Source: Octopus sinensis
Lineage: Eukaryota
Direction: 5' to 3'
Length of the DNA: 64,000 nt
Assembly (NCBI RefSeq): GCF_006345805.1
Contig: NC_043009.1
Span: 59,706,001 to 59,770,000, forward strand
The position numbers were made by a program, and so were the translations under genes. Below the pieces are notes generated by a model. The model was not told the DNA's origin and did no database searches. It saw nothing but the letters and a program-made list of their open reading frames with translations. Below, piece after piece: positions 13,331-25,899 of the stretch (position 1 is its first letter; each line of letters starts with the position of its first letter).

Positions 13331-14649
13331 TGGCAAAATATATGTGTGTATGTGTTGCTTGTGTGTGTATACGTATGTTATTGCATGCATGCATGTGTAT
13401 ACGTATGTTATTGCATGTGTGTGTATATATATGCATGCATACACACATAAGTACAATTGCAACCATAAATGTCGATTTTGTTGCTCTTCTGTGGAGGACA
13501 TAACACATGACCCACAACAGCCTAAAAATATTCTCAAGCTCCTACCTCCTCTCATGGTATGGTGTCCCTACTGAAGCAATATGTATTGTGCCAGTCATAG
13601 AAAAGATTGCTCTCATAGTAAATATACACAAACTTAACATCATGAAAAAAATATTAGTGGAACATTCCCATCACAACTTGTACCAAACGCAAAGACAACA
13701 GACCTGATATAGTTATTGAGCATTTCATGTACTGTCATTTAACTTCAACCAAATTTCTTGGTGCTTATACAAAATTATGAAAGGAATTCTAATTTTCAAA
13801 AATAAAGTATTCGTTACCTTAGCTGCTTTTAGCATTTTGAAGGCAAATCATGTTGCCATACAATTTTCCTCCTCTATAACTGCAGCCATATTGTGTCACA
13901 TCGCAAAGGGAGAAAACTCATACAATGACATGTTGCACCTTCAGCATGCTAAAGGTTAATATATAATTAAATGAAACAAATTTCTTATTATATAACTCAT
14001 TCTTCTTACTACTCTGCTCCTTTTATCCTTTTCTTTTGTCTCTGATTCTTTCCTCTTGTTTGTGTGTGTGTAGCATTCTTTTACTCTTTGCCTGCCACCA
14101 AGCCTCAAGTACAAACTCATCCTGCTTCTCTTACATTAACACTGCCTGTATCTCTCTTTTACTTTGTCTTCTCCTCTTTCTCTATACAAAATAAAGCATG
14201 ACCAAAAAACATCAAATAACTAGCAAATATTTATTTTGGCTTTTATCACATAAAGATTATCATTAATCGTTTATTATGACTATGTCTTATAAACAACTTG
14301 CACATGCAAGTGCTACCAGAAGCCAGCAAGTGTATGGTGTCATCATGAGACAATGCGTGCTGTTTCGGGGCCTACCTCTCGACAGCATCAATGCGCACCC
14401 CTCCCCCTTCACTGATATGAGGCCCCGCTTGCTAGATCAGCTGGCTATCAAATAAAGCTCAATATTCTTCTAGCTCCTCATCTCTTTTTAACCGAATCCA
14501 GTGGCTAGCCTTCTCCACTGCAGTTTGGATATCGGTCATGGTTGTATTGACTTTACGATGAGTTAGGCCTAACGATAATAATTAATTGACTATTCCTAAC
14601 TAATTGTCATTAACTAAGTATTATTATTAACCGGTAACTTTCACTTCAG

Positions 14650-14826
14650 GTACCTGTCGTAACAACCCTGTTTTACCCAATGATTTCTGGTGTAAATGTG
14701 TTGGTGGACTTAAGGGACGACGTTGTGAATATGGCCACCACTGCGCTGTCAATCCTTGCAGGAATGGTGCCAATTGCATTGAAGGACCAGACAAACCTAT
14801 TTGCCAATGTGTTGGACTTTATGAAG
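14650..14826 (+). CDS. FAT1: FAT-like exon: EGF-like repeats
   Basis: cttcag|GT to G|gtaaat, phase 1-1, 177 nt. GTCRNNPVLPNDFWCKCVGGLKGRRCEYGHHCAVNPCRNGANC...CQCVGLYE. The ORF track misses this frame. Confidence 0.92.
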
Positions 14827-14906
14827 GTAAATTTTACATTTGTTACTCTGTCTTTTCTCAGCTATTTCTTTTGTTTTTTTTGTCTTAATGATATTGTCAA
14901 AGGGTA

Positions 14907-15351
14907 AGGCGGCGAGCTGGCAGAATCGTTAGCATGCTGGGCGAAATGCTTAGCGGTATTTTGTCTGCCATTTCATTCTGAGTTCAAATTCCGCCATGGT
15001 TGATTTTGCGTTTCATCCTTTCGGGGGTCAATAAATTAAGTACCAGTTACGCACTGGGGTCGATGTAATCGACTTAATCCGTTTGTCTGTTCTTGTTTGT
15101 CCCCTCTGTGTGTAGCCCCTTGTGGGCAGTAAAGAAATAAGAAACCTTAGCACGCTGGCGAAATGCCTAGTGGTATTTCATCTTCCGTTATGTTGTGAGT
15201 TCAAATTCCACCAAGGTCGACTTTGCTTTTCATCCTTTCGAGATTGATGAATTAAGTACCAGTTACGTACTGGGGTCGATGTAATCAACTTAATCCGTTT
15301 GTCCTTGTTTGTCCCCTCAATGTTTAGCCCCTTGTGGGTAATAAAGAAATA
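14907..15351 (+). mobile_element. Family A SINE dimer
   Basis: 17-bp TSD gatattgtcaaagggta at 14890-14906 and 15352-15368. Confidence 0.88.
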
Positions 15352-15904
15352 GATATTGTCAAAGGGTACAGGAAGAACAGCTTCTGTGAACCACCCATGT
15401 CCTAACGATGATATTAGTGATAGATTTTCTTCACCCAAATTTCTCATTCTTTATGTTTAACGACCTTTCATTCTTATGAGGTTAATATCATAAAACTACC
15501 TGTTAAGCAGTGAAGTCAATGAAATCAACCTACTCACCCCCCCCCCCAGCCCTCTCAAATTATTGCCCTTATCTCAAGCTTTGAAATAAGTGCTATTTGA
15601 GCACTGGGGTCCTAAATATCAATCTGCATGATTTCAGGCCTTGTGCCTATGGTAGAAAGGATTATTATTATTAGCAAACCATTTTACTGATATCAACATG
15701 TTTTTTCTGAAGTCTTGGATTATTTTCATTCTTACATTTGATAAAGGGATCATTTCCAGTAAATAACAGAAGTATTAAACAACCTGTTTAAAATAATACC
15801 TTCTGTTTGTTATTATTTATTGACGTTTTCTTACATATTTTGAACATTTGTGTCCATAAATTATCTTTACAACTTCCACAGTTTATTGTATCATTTGTTG
15901 CTTG

Positions 15905-16262
15905 CAATCAGTGGAGCATGTGGGTGACCTGCTGTGCTTGAGGAGACCTATTGAGTCAAGTGCTTCAACATCAAAATACATATCAAATGGAAATTGTAGT
16001 TGTGATCCCTGTGCCGTTGGCACGTAAAAAGCACCATTCGAATGTAGCCAATGACAGCGCCACCTTGACTGGCTTCTGTGCTGGTGGCACATAAAAAGCA
16101 CCCACTACACTCACGGAGTGGTTGGCGTTAGGAAGGGCATCCAGCTGTAGAAACACTGCCAGATCAGACTGGAGCCTGGTGCACCCTCCCGGCTTCCCAG
16201 ACCCCGGTCGAACTGTCCAACCCATGCTAGCATGGAAAATGGACATTAAATGATGATGATGA
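15905..16262 (+). mobile_element. Family D SINE-like element with (GAT)n tail
   Basis: ggcacgtaaaaagcacc units, ggttggcgttaggaagggcatccagc, ends gatgatgat. Copies: 21743-21915 (-), 22262-22770, 28190-28457, 33170-33395, 36320-36775. Confidence 0.8.
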
Positions 16263-16447
16263 AGACTTTATTTCTTTGCCTATGTTTTCCAATAAACTGC
16301 TGAATTATTTCTATTTTTCTTTTTTTTTTCTTAATTTTTCAAATTGTAAAGATAATTTATGGACACTTTTGTATGTACACATACACACACACACACACAC
16401 ATGCTTATGTATATTACATACTGTATATATTTTTTTTTTTCTTTCAG

Positions 16448-16645
16448 GCCCACTTTGTCAATATGAGTCTGATAAGTGTGCCAACAATCCTTGCAAGAAT
16501 GGTGGCACCTGCTACAATGGACCTGGCACTTATTTCTGCAACTGCAGCATTGACACAGTCGGAACGCACTGTGAAGAAATCCTTCTTCCAAATATCTCAT
16601 CTAATAAACATGGAATCACAGAGAATGAAATCTTCATCATAATTG
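16448..16645 (+). CDS. FAT1: FAT-like exon: last EGF and start of transmembrane helix
   Basis: tttcag|GC to G|gtcagt, phase 1-1, 198 nt. GPLCQYESDKCANNPCKNGGTC...CNCSIDTVGTHCEE...EIFIII. Confidence 0.93.
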
Positions 16646-16654
16646 GTCAGTTTC

Positions 16655-16705
<51 letters not shown>

Positions 16706-16706
<1 letters not shown>

Positions 16707-17261
16707 GAGTGAGAGTGCAGTGCATGCCATAAAAGTGACACTGGGGTAAAATATACGAAGCCCAGTATAACCACCATGACTACCCGTCTGATAAGGGTAC
16801 ACTAGACACATACATCACAACCATGTGTGCGCGACATGGTGATCTCATATCAAGATAAACAGCACGTGACCTTGCAGGTGGGACCCAGTTACAATTTTCT
16901 TCAGGTCAAGTAACACATCCCACTCAAAAGGTCCCTGAATAAGGATTGTTTAAGGATGTTGAATGAACTACCCAAGTTTCCAAAGGTGAATTATCCAAAC
17001 CTCTAAGAATTCCTTTCAACATACGGCTATGATGCTCCCCCACTACTTCTGCTCATGGTCAGAGATGCACACATCGTCAGCCACTAAGGGACATGCTCAA
17101 CTGGTTAAGGTCAAACAACTGACAAGCAAATCTGTGGTATTGAGCAGAATATATGTTGTAGCCCATCTTTTATACCAAGACAAAACAATGTACATGATAA
17201 CACTTCCAATCAGTTAAGATCAGAAACCATGAGAGCCACTGTCTGGTACTGTATCAAGGCA
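16706..17261 (-). mobile_element. Family E ~550-bp non-coding retroelement in an (ATT)n tract
   Basis: Fixed left end tgagtgagagagcagtgcatgcc after (TAT)n and variable right end across copies, consistent with a minus-strand 3' end with (AAT)n tail. Copies at 28903, 29064, 29459, 31533. Confidence 0.75.
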
Positions 17262-17273
17262 TTTTTATTATTA

Positions 17274-17309
<36 letters not shown>

Positions 17310-17356
17310 TATTATTATTAACATTATTATTATTATCATTATTATTATTATTATTA

Positions 17357-17396
<40 letters not shown>

Positions 17397-18354
17397 ATGG
17401 TCTACTGGCAGAATCATTACCGCACCAGGCAAAACGTTTTTCGGCATTTAGTCTCTCTTTATGTTCTAAGAACGCATTTCACAGAGGTTGACTTTGCCTT
17501 TCATCCTTTCTGAGTCAATAAATTAAGTACCAGTGAAACACTGGGGTTGATGTAAGTGACTAGCACCCTCCCACAAAATTTCAAACCTTGTGTCTATAGT
17601 AGAAAGGACCGTCAGTTGACCGAATTTGTAGTGATGATCACACCGCCACCCTTCTTCAGTTGGGCATGCAAGGCAGTTTTTCTTTCCCTGGTGGCTGCAA
17701 TGAAAGAGGTTGTTTGGTGGACAAAACTGAAAGGCATGAGGACAAATACAATCCTCTTTGGTAGAGTTCTCATTGACTCCTTCAAGATTCACTTGAAAAG
17801 CAACCATGTGGTTTGCAAGCAAGCTACTTACCACACAGCCAATCCTACGCCTATAATACCTAATTTTTAAAAGTGGAACTGGTTATATAGTGCAAGTTCC
17901 ACACTGCAAACCTATTATCAAGATGCATAGTTCAAATACCCTCATTGAAGCTGTTTTTTCTATCTCAATAGGCGTAGGAGTGGCTGTGTGGTAAGTAGCT
18001 TGCTTACAAACTACATGGTTCTGGTTTCAGTCCCACTGCATGGCAGCTTGGGCAAGTGTCTTCTACTATTGCCTCAGGCAATATATATATATACATATAT
18101 GTGTGTGTCTGTGTTTACATCCCTTTAACTTAGTGGTTCGGCAAAAGAGACCGATAGAATAAGTACTAGGCTTACAAAGAATAAGTCCTGGGGTCAATTT
18201 GTTCAACTAAAGGCGGTGCTCCAACACGGCCACTGTGAGATGACTGAAACACGTAAAAGAGTAAAAGAGAGAGAGATCCTGATATTTATTATAATTTACC
18301 TGTTAATTGTAGCTGTTAATTGATGTTCTTATGTCTGTTTTGAATTCCTCACAG

Positions 18355-18873
18355 GTGCCTTAGCATTCCTGATCGTAATAGTAATCATTCTGATTGCCAT
18401 TCGATTCTGGTACCAGAAGAAGCAATCTCATCGCCGGATTCTTGCCCCAAATCCCCGCTTGGCCAACAACGTGATCATGAGCGACCCAGATGACCTGAAA
18501 CATTCCAAACTCAGCAACCCGGACCTGCACCTCGGCATATCACACTGCCCGCCCAGCCCTCAACCGCCCCCGGTGCCGAACCGACCAGCCTCCTATACGC
18601 CGAGCAATCACGACTCGTCTCTCAACACGCTGAACAACTTCGACACGGTGCGGAACTATGGCAGCGCCGCGGACCAGCTGGAAAATGTGCACAACATTCC
18701 CGTCTACTCGTGCGACCACCTGCAGACGTTCAGCCCGTATCCGCGCAATGGCGCAAGTGTGCCGCCATCGCTCCCACCACCCCCTCCGTCGAACTCAGCA
18801 TCCGACACAGACTCTATACAGAAACCAACCTGGGAGCTTGATTATCCAAACATTTTGGAAAATTATACGGAAT
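18355..18873 (+). CDS. FAT1: FAT-like exon: transmembrane helix and proximal cytoplasmic tail
   Basis: tcacag|GT to T|gtaagt, phase 1-1, 519 nt. GALAFLIVIVIILIAIRFW...PPVPNRPASYTPS...LPPPPPSNSASDTDSIQKPTWELDY matches recalled FAT1 tail motifs (PISYTPS; LPPPPPSNSPSDSDSIQKPSWDFDY). One LamG plus these motifs point to FAT1/2/3, not FAT4. Confidence 0.95.
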
Positions 18874-19313
18874 GTAAGTCATTTAGTCTTTTTAGGGTTT
18901 GGTTTTTTTTTATTTTCTTTCGAAACAAATTCTTTGATTCCATTACATTTCTTTTTTCTCTTTGAGGAAATTTTATTTATATTTCAAAAAAAAATTTGTT
19001 TTTTTTTTACATATTAATAGAAATGTTTATTTGTGTTTCTTTGTTTTTTTTTCATTATTTGTTTCTTTTTGCAGATTCGTCTTTATTTTAAAGAATGTAT
19101 TTATTTTTAATCATTTGATTAATTTATTTCTAAGGCTGAAAAAGAATGACAAGAAAACTGGTAAAGTGCTGGATTTAAAATATCTCTGCAGTGTTTAGTT
19201 ACATCTACTTAGGTTCAAATCCCACCGGTGATGCCTTTGATGTTGAAACCATAATCTGTCATATACTGAGATCAGTTCACAAAACTTGGGGTACTGTGAT
19301 TATGTTAGAATCA

Positions 19314-19347
<34 letters not shown>

Positions 19348-21705
19348 GAACTAGTGATTAGGGAGTTAACCCATGATCACGAGATCATGGTTTCAATTCC
19401 TAGACCAGGTGGTGCATTGTGTTCTTGGGCAAAATACTTCATCTCACATTGCTCTGCAATCACTTCGATACCTGTTCAGACAATGTCAATTTGATGGAGG
19501 GAGTAAGCTCATGTGCAGCACGAACATTTGATCACTATAAACAAAATCTTTTGTGCAGGTCGTTCGGCAAAAGCTGAATGTTCATACATCATCTTCTACA
19601 GGAGAATCCATTGTTATTATCATCATTATTATTATTATTATTAAGGTGGCAAGCTGGCAGAATTGTTAGCATGCCAGGCAAAATGCTCAGCAGCATTTTG
19701 CCTGTCTTTACATTCTGAGTTCAAATGGCACCGGAGTCAGCTGTGCCTTTCATCCCTTGCAGGGTCAATAAAATAAGTATCAGTTGAGTACTGAGGCCAA
19801 TTTAATCTACTTATCTTCTTCCTTAAAATTGCTGGCTTTGTGCCAAAATTTGAAATTGTCATTATTATTGGAATGCTGAACTCAAAGACTCATCAGCACG
19901 TTGGATAAAATGCTGAGGGATGTTTTTTTCTAGCTCTTTGTTTTCTGAGGCCAACTTAGCTTTTCATCATTTTGGAATAAAAAAAAAAAGGGCACCAGTT
20001 AACTACTGGGGTTGATGTAATCAACTAACATCTGCAACACATAAAATTGTTGATTTTGTACCAAAATTTGAGACCAAAAGTGGTAAACTGGCAAAATTGT
20101 TGCTGCTTCAGACAAAATGCTTAATAACATTTCTTCCGGTATTTTAGATTCTGAGTTCAAATCCCACATTGGTCAATGTTGCCTTTCATCCTTTGAGGAT
20201 TGATAAGAATAAAGTACCAGTTAAGTACTGTGGTTGATGTAATCAACATTTCCCCTCCCCTCAACACTTCTGACATCGTACAAAACTTAGAAAGAATTAT
20301 TATAAGATTCCACCTCATTCCTTGCAAATCGTTAGTCAAAGGTGAAAGTCTTACCTGTCGGGAGTGAGGTGATTTCAGAGAAGAGGTAATATTGATTTCA
20401 AGTCAGCTTTACCATAATTTAAAACATTCATTCCTTGTTACTCTGTAAAGTTAGATATCAGCTTCAATAATCCCTTGAACTCTTGTGTATAAGCCCTACC
20501 TCTAATCCCAAACCACATTAATCCACTGGTTTGAGTTAAACTGCAGAGTAAAATTTCAGACACTGCCCCACCCTACCCACACCTCCTCTTTGGGTAAAAT
20601 TTGTAAAAACAAAATCTGTTTAACAATTGCAGCGCACAATCTCAGATCAAGTCACTTGCTATGCAAGTACATCTCCGTAAAAAAATCTGTTTATTCTTCA
20701 CTTTATCACAGTAAGAAGATTTAAAAATGTTACTTCGTTATATTTCTTTATTTCATTCATTTCTTTTTGCCTTTAATTAAAAATGAAAAAAGAAATCAAC
20801 AAAATACGTTTATTGCTTTTGTATTTTTATTTTTATTTGAGTGGTGCTTATTCTAATACCTTAAAGATTACCAAATGCCAAAGCCTTCTTTTGTTAATAT
20901 CTATCATAACAACTTGGTCTATTTCCTTGGTGCTTTATTTTTTTTTATTTTTGATAACTAAAAATGCATTTTCAAGCAAAAATTTTCTTGGAGAATCTCT
21001 AAATAATTTCATAACTTATTGCTTAATTTTAAAAATAATATGCAGACTTTATATATTAGTATTCCTCTTGGAATATATATTATTTCAAATCCTATTGCTT
21101 TGGGTTGTTGAAAAATTTGCAATCCCCAAATTATTTCAAATCCTGTTGCTTAAATTCTAAAAATATTTTGCAATTCTTAAAACAAGATTTCCCCTGCAAT
21201 CTCTAAAGATTCTTAACTTGGTGCTTACTTTAATAACAAAAAGTCTTCAAAACCTGACATTTCTCTTGCAACACAAATTTGATATTTCTCTTGTGGTTCA
21301 TGGACTTCAGAAGCTTGTGTTTCTTTCACTATCCATGAAACCCAACATATCAAGAACACATAGCTTAAGGCTATCTCCTTTTCAGCTATACTCTTACTCC
21401 GTTAAAGGGTGCTTTCTAGTCTTGTGAAATACATGACAACCTCATTAGTGCTGGTGCCATAAAAAAGAACTTAGTACACTCTGGCAATTGGTTGGTGCTA
21501 GGATGAGATCCAGTCATAGAAACCATACCAAAACAGACATTAGACCACAAGAGAATTCTCTGACTCATCTGATCCCATCAAAGTGTTTTTACTCATGACA
21601 ACACAGAGGAGAAATATTAAATGATGATGATATATATATTTATATATATATACATACATACATACATACATACATACATACATACATACATACATACATA
21701 CATCA

Positions 21706-21736
<31 letters not shown>

Positions 21737-23294
21737 GTGTATCATCATCGTTTAATGTCTGCTTTCCATGCTAGCATGGGTTGGACGATTTGACTGAGGT
21801 CTGGTGAACCAGATGGCTGCACCAGGCTCCAATCTGATCTGGCAGAGTTTCTACAGCTGGATGCCCTTCCTAATGCCAACCACTCCAAGAGTGTAGTGAG
21901 TGCTTTACGTGCCACCACACATATATATATATATATAGAGAGAGAGAGATTCGGAGAGAGATAGTAGATATATACACATAATTACGAATATGTGTATATA
22001 TGTATACATACACAGACATGTATGTATCTTATACAACATATAGGTGTGTATAATATATGTACACATGTTTACACGCATAAAATCTAAGCATGCTTCAGGT
22101 TCACATGAAAGCCAATGGTTGGTGAAACCTTGTAAGGCCATATCCATGTATATAGATACATAGGTACAATTACACACTAACACATATATATATATGTCTG
22201 TGTATATATGAATGTATAAGTAAACTTGCTTATGAAAGTATATGCAAATATCTATGTATATTCGGCTGGCCCCCGTGCCGGTGACACGTAAAAGCACCGT
22301 CCGCTCGTGGCGTTTGCCAGCTCTGTCTGGCAACCGTGTCGGTGGCACGTAAAAGCACCATCCGTTCGAATCCGTTGCCAGCCTCGGCTGGCCTCCGTGC
22401 CGGTGACACGTAAAAGCACACGTCCGTTCGTGCCGGTTGCCAGCTCTGTCTGGCCCCGTGTCGGTGGCACGTAAAAGCACCATCGTTGTGTCCGTTGCCA
22501 GCATCGCCTGGCCCCGAGCCGGTGACACGTAAAAGCACCATCGTTCGTGGCCGTTCACCAGCTCTGTCTGGCACCTGTGCAGGTGGCACGTAAAAAACAC
22601 CCACTACACTCGCGGAGTGGTTGGCGTTAGGAAGGGCATCCAGCCGTAGAAACACTGCCAGATCTGACTGGGCCTGACGAAGCCTTCCAGCTTCACAGAC
22701 CCCAGTTGACCCGTCCAACCCATGCTAGCATGGAAAACGGACGCTAAACGATGATGATGATGATGATGATATACCCATGTTTTACTCACTTTAAGTGCAC
22801 AGGATTAAGGTTTATAATTCCCTTACTGAAAGTCTGCATATGTAGTTGTAATTGTTGTAGTCATTTAGACTGAATTAGCCTTAATCCATCAGGCCTATGA
22901 TCAAAAAAGCATTCCATTTGTGACCATCCTGTCATTTTGGCATATCTTAGAATATGTTGCCAAATGTGTCCTGCCTTGTATTTTAAGATGGTAGGATGTC
23001 TTTTGAGAGAGATGTAGCTGCTATTTCTTGAAAGCTTGACAACTGCATAGGAACTCCTTTGTTGTCTTGTTGCATATATTGCAACACAGAAAGAATGGCG
23101 CTGATATTGACGATGCTGATGGTCACTTGACAACGGCCAAACCACTAACAACAGTAGCGAGAACAACAATAAGAAAGATAACGACTAATTAATAAGAGTT
23201 AATAAAAATAAACTAGTTGAGTAATAGTTGAGGGTTCTTTAAGATAACAATAATAATGGCCTGGTTTCTTTGTATTTCCATTTCATGAGAGTAG

Positions 23295-23435
23295 CAGAAA
23301 GGAAAAATTCCATGAACTTGGCCAAAGCCATGCCTATACAAGACCCTTCTCCTCTTTTCCACCGCAACCTTTCTGGACGAGATACTTCATCTTATGGCAG
23401 TCTACCGATGACTGGGTCAGAAGAAGACCTTCCTG
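23295..23435 (+). CDS. FAT1: FAT-like exon: cytoplasmic tail (start may be 23298)
   Basis: Pyrimidine tract then tandem TAG/CAG acceptor; CCTG|gtacgt donor, phase 1-1. ...ERKNSMNLAKAMPIQDPSP...SSYGSLPMTGSEEDLP(G), like the acidic segment before GYHWD in FAT1. Confidence 0.75.
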
Positions 23436-23867
23436 GTACGTTGAAATGCTTCCAATTTTTACGGATCTCATATGATATGACATGAAAACTCTGTTTGTTT
23501 GTTCTTGTTCTTGTTGTTGTTTGTCCATCAATATGACTTTGTTAACAACAGCAATTAATTATTTAATAATTAAAACTTAAAATGAAGCGAGGCAAGACCA
23601 AAAACGAGAGAGGGATAATTATTTCGTTTTCCAATCAGTGATTTTTGTCCAGAATGACAATAACTACCACAACCACCACCACCACCACCACCACCAGTGG
23701 TGACATTGGAGGTCTAGTCTTCCATGTTTCACAATATCGTAACCATTAACATGAATTAACAGAGACTACATTTGCATGTTGCCTACATGTTACTCACAAG
23801 ATACCCCACTATTCATTGAAAAGTCAAGTCAAAGTTATTAGTGAAAGAGTATATATCTATCTATGTC

Positions 23868-23941
<74 letters not shown>

Positions 23942-24075
23942 ATACAGGGTAAAGTATTATTAATTTAATAATTAATAATTTTACCAAGTAGTTGGGTATG
24001 GAAAAAAACCCATTATCAGTGAAAAAAACCCATTATCAATAAAAACTTATACAAAAAGTTTTTTTATAATTAAAA

Positions 24076-24259
24076 ACATAATTAAGCGATCAGCAAAAGT
24101 TGCTTCACCACATAACGAAATTTAGAAATAGCAGTCAAACTACTACAAATTCTTCTAATACATTATATCTCCAGATATATTGTAGGTGAAGAATTAGTAG
24201 TTTGACTGCTATTTCTAAATTTCGCTATGAGGTGAAGCAACTTTTGCTGATTCCTTAAT

Positions 24260-24264
<5 letters not shown>
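24076..24264. mobile_element. Foldback/MITE-like element
   Basis: ~75-bp inverted arms: cagcaaaagttgcttcacc...gcagtcaaactact / agtagtttgactgc...ggtgaagcaacttttgctg. Confidence 0.8.
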
Positions 24265-24305
<41 letters not shown>

Positions 24306-24819
24306 CTGAGTAGTAGAGGTGAAAATCTGGTAAGTTAAGTTTTCACTCCCAAGTCTAACAGCCATTTATAATTATTTCTCTTCGCTTAAATTGATCACAC
24401 TCTAGAAAAATGTCCTTTAGAGCTTCATCTGCTCTCCTACAATTAACAAAAATTGTGTATTCTGGGTAAAGAAGCCAATATGAACTAACAACCACTCTTT
24501 CTCTTCTCTCTTTCATTTTCCCTTTACCTTTCTTCCTGATACACATATCTACATACATACATACATACATAGATATGTGTGTGTGTATATATATATATAT
24601 ATATACATATAGGGAGAATTCAGGAAAAAACAAAAGACAAAGACAGGTGGTGTACAAAACAAAACAGATGTATTAGTATAACACTCAGGAATTGAAAAAG
24701 TCTTTTACGTTTCGAGCCTACGCTCTTCTACAGAAAGGAACACAAAAAAAAAACAAGGAGAGAAAAAAATGTGTGTAGTGGCTAACGATCTATACACACA
24801 CACACACACACACAACATA

Positions 24820-25038
24820 CAAGGGGGCAGCTGAAAAGTTCCTGGCTTTGGGTAAAAGAAAATACAAGAGGATCAGTTAATTATGATTTTATTCAATATG
24901 TTCCCCTCTCAGGTTCACACTTATTACAGCAGTATTTCAGTTTTTCTTAGTCCTGTAAAAAGAACACAGAAGGTTGAGCCTCCAAGCAGCCCTTTCATGA
25001 TACCCTTAAAAACTAGGGACTTTTCGGTGAACCCTCAT
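24820..25038. mobile_element. Degenerate mariner-type MITE
   Basis: ta-caagggggcagctgaaaagttcc ... ggacttttcggtgaaccctca, an imperfect mariner-like TIR pair. Confidence 0.5.
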
Positions 25039-25899
25039 GTGTGTGTGTGTGGTATGTGATAAAGAAATTCATTTCGTTATTCAAGGTTTGATGTGTCTGT
25101 GTGACTCTCTGGGTAAGTGTCATCACTTACAGCTTAGTGTCAACCTATGCCTGGCTACCACGCTAGAAGCAGTGTGACATGAAAATTGACAAAACCAGGA
25201 ACTTCCAAGGCCTCAGGTTTTATTTCAGAGATTTCTTTCTCTTTGGTAGATTACCAACCAAGGTTAAAGAGCTTCTACCTTCCGATGAGGTGAGCTATCC
25301 CATTCCAGACACCAAACTGACCCAAACACTCTATAAAGTGATCAGATACCACTCCAGTATTCAATGCTGAGTAGCTCATTCATACATAAAAAAATACACT
25401 AAGGAGCTTGCTTACGAACCATATGGATCTGGGTTCAGTCCCACTGCATAGCACCTGCGGCAAGTGTCTTCTACTATAGCCTCGGGCCAACCAAAGCCTT
25501 GTGAGTGGATTTGGTAAGACGGAAACTGAAAGAAACCTGTTATGTATATATATGTGTGTGTACTTCTGTCTGTGTTTGTCCCCCCACAACTGAAGTTGGT
25601 ATCTTTACACCCCCATAATGTAGCAGTTCAGTAATAAGAGACCGATAGAATAAGTACTAGGCTTACAAAGAATAAGTCCTGGGGTCAGTTTATTTTGACT
25701 AAAGGTGGTGCTCCAGCATAGCTGCAGTCAAATGACTGAAACAAGTAAAAGAATACACACACACACACACACACACACACATACTAGTTGGTTACTAACC
25801 AGTGGTGGTTGTGTCTTATCTGTCCTGTATTAACTAACACCTCTCTTTCTCTCTCCCTCTCTCTCTCTCTCCATATATATATATATATTATATATATAT

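Noticed and set aside
14352-14390. Minus-strand CUGUCGA-gagg(uagg)cccc-GAAAC hammerhead-like string
   Set aside because: Stem II mismatch, no NUH triplet in register, poor stem I; at most a heavily decayed relic.
24355-24480. Minus-strand VNCRRADEALKDIFLECDQF, resembling a LINE C-terminal zinc knuckle
   Set aside because: Too short and degenerate to assign; possibly an old LINE scrap.
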